From: Polyangiales bacterium
GTDB taxonomy: Bacteria; Myxococcota_A; Polyangia; Polyangiales; JADJQN01
Length of the DNA stretch: 64,000 nucleotides
Direction: 5' to 3'
Assembly (NCBI GenBank): GCA_964202905.1
Contig: CAXNJO010000001.1
Span: forward strand, 768,001-832,000
Below the pieces are notes generated by a model. The model saw only the letters and a list, made by a program, of their open reading frames with translations, was not told the DNA's origin and made no database searches. This document shows, piece by piece, positions 62,923-64,000 of this stretch (positions are counted from its first letter, which is position 1; each line of letters starts with the position of its first letter). Position numbers and translations under genes: made by a program.

Positions 62923-62975
62923 TCCCGCGCTGCGCCGTCGAGACACGAATTGCGGAAAACCGCCGCGCATCGCGC

Positions 62976-64000
62976 TCAGGGCGCCGTGAAGACGCAGCGC
63001 GTGATCGGCTGCACGATGTCGCGCTGCACGTGCAGATAGTAGGCGCGGCCCGACACGAGCGCGGGCGGCGCGCCCGACGCGGGGATGCGCTGCACGGCGT
63101 TCGCGGGGAGCGTGCCGTACGCGGTGCCGCAGGCCATCGGCGCGGCGTCGGGCGCCACGTCGATCGACCACAGCGTGCCCGCGGGCGTGTCCCAGTTGGG
63201 CGGCACGCCTGGCGACTTCGAGCCCTCCTCTAGCACCGCGACGTAGCGCGCGGCGCCGCCCGTCCAGCGCACCGCGCCGTCGGCGTCGACGCCCACGCCC
63301 GCGGCGCACGGCCCGGGGGTGAAGTCGATGAGATCGCGGAAGAACGGCGCGAAAGGCGGCAGCGCGCGCGCCTCGGTGAGCGTGAGCCCGCGCCGCGTGA
63401 ACTCGGCCTCGGCGAAGCGCTGGAGCCGCGCGACGTCGGTGGTCGGCAGGCCCGTGCCCGTGCGGTCGAAGCCGTTGTTCTCGGTGGGCTGCAGGAAGCC
63501 GAAGGCCGTCGAGTCGGTGAAGCCCGCGAGCATCGCGAGGGCCGCGTCGCTCAAGGTATCCGTCCAGAGCGGGCCGGCCTCGGTGTCCCAGATCGCTGCG
63601 CCCGCGGGCGTGTCCGAGGCGGTGTGGCAGCACGCGCACGCGGAGGCCTCGGCCTCTTCCTTGAGCCACGCCACCTCGCCGAGGTACGCGGTGTCCGCGA
63701 GGCGCGGATCCGAGGTCGGCGGCGTCGTGCCCGCAGGGCGCGGGTAATAGGGCCGCTGCGTGAGCACCGTCGCGCAGCTCGCGTAGTCGGCGAAGCGGCG
63801 GCCCGGCTCCGTCGAGCCCGAGATGATCGTCGGCGTGCACACCTGCCCGCTGGGTCCGTTGCCGGCGGGCTCACCCGCGAGCGGATCGCGGCAGTCGGTC
63901 GCGAGCGGCGTGAAGGCGGGGCCCGCCGCGGGATCGACCGCGGTGCAGCCCGACTCGCACACGGGCGCGGGCACGAACGTGCCGCCCGCGAAGGTCTCGC
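62976..64000 (-). CDS. Cys-rich hypothetical protein with CxxCH motif (5' end outside window)
   Basis: Open frame to the window edge; VCTPTIISGSTEPGRRF, ACACCH, NNGFDR, PNWDTP.GTLW, YYLHVQRDI. Confidence 0.75.
   Translation of the reverse strand, partial: ETFAGGTFVPAPVCESGCTAVDPAAGPAFTPLATDCRDPLAGEPAGNGPSGQVCTPTIISGSTEPGRRFADYASCATVLTQRPYYPRPAGTTPPTSDPRLADTAYLGEVAWLKEEAEASACACCHTASDTPAGAAIWDTEAGPLWTDTLSDAALAMLAGFTDSTAFGFLQPTENNGFDRTGTGLPTTDVARLQRFAEAEFTRRGLTLTEARALPPFAPFFRDLIDFTPGPCAAGVGVDADGAVRWTGGAARYVAVLEEGSKSPGVPPNWDTPAGTLWSIDVAPDAAPMACGTAYGTLPANAVQRIPASGAPPALVSGRAYYLHVQRDIVQPITRCVFTAP

Overview
Very GC-rich (roughly three-quarters G+C by eye), gene-dense bacterial chromosomal DNA. The gene content (AgmX/PglI-type TonB-C domain, TSP3-repeat OmpA protein, DUF1592/DUF1552 pair, MYXO-CTERM-like tail, Hanks kinase, many Cys-rich lipoproteins) points to Myxococcota, probably Polyangia/Sandaracinaceae-like; this is inference. 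About 58 CDS are supported. Housekeeping: metB-like lyase, tcdA, ccmC/ccmD, acyl-CoA dehydrogenase, nadB, cysD/cysN, mrp, rarA, metK, PBP1A, TrmH. Signalling: five histidine kinases, a sigma54 activator, PilZ, Ser/Thr kinase, MarR. The rest are mostly envelope proteins. I saw no rRNA, tRNA, CRISPR array or mobile element. At least seven genes are interrupted by small frameshifts, most likely sequencing or assembly indels. Best leads: (1) a lipoprotein whose C-terminal domain aligns motif by motif with the eukaryotic secretory-pathway kinase Fam20C, with Arg at the catalytic-Lys position; (2) a co-oriented trio of an Rsm22/METTL17-like protein, a YwqG/PDCD2-like Zn protein with an inserted L7/L12-CTD-like domain, and an orphan ArsA/Get3 ATPase; (3) a divergent locus of repeat fibre + TonB-C-like protein and lipoprotein + TraB-like OmpA; (4) a dispersed CTGAA-N6-TTCAG palindrome family; (5) a recurring leaderless-promoter signature. 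Family calls come from motif recognition by eye, not database searches.
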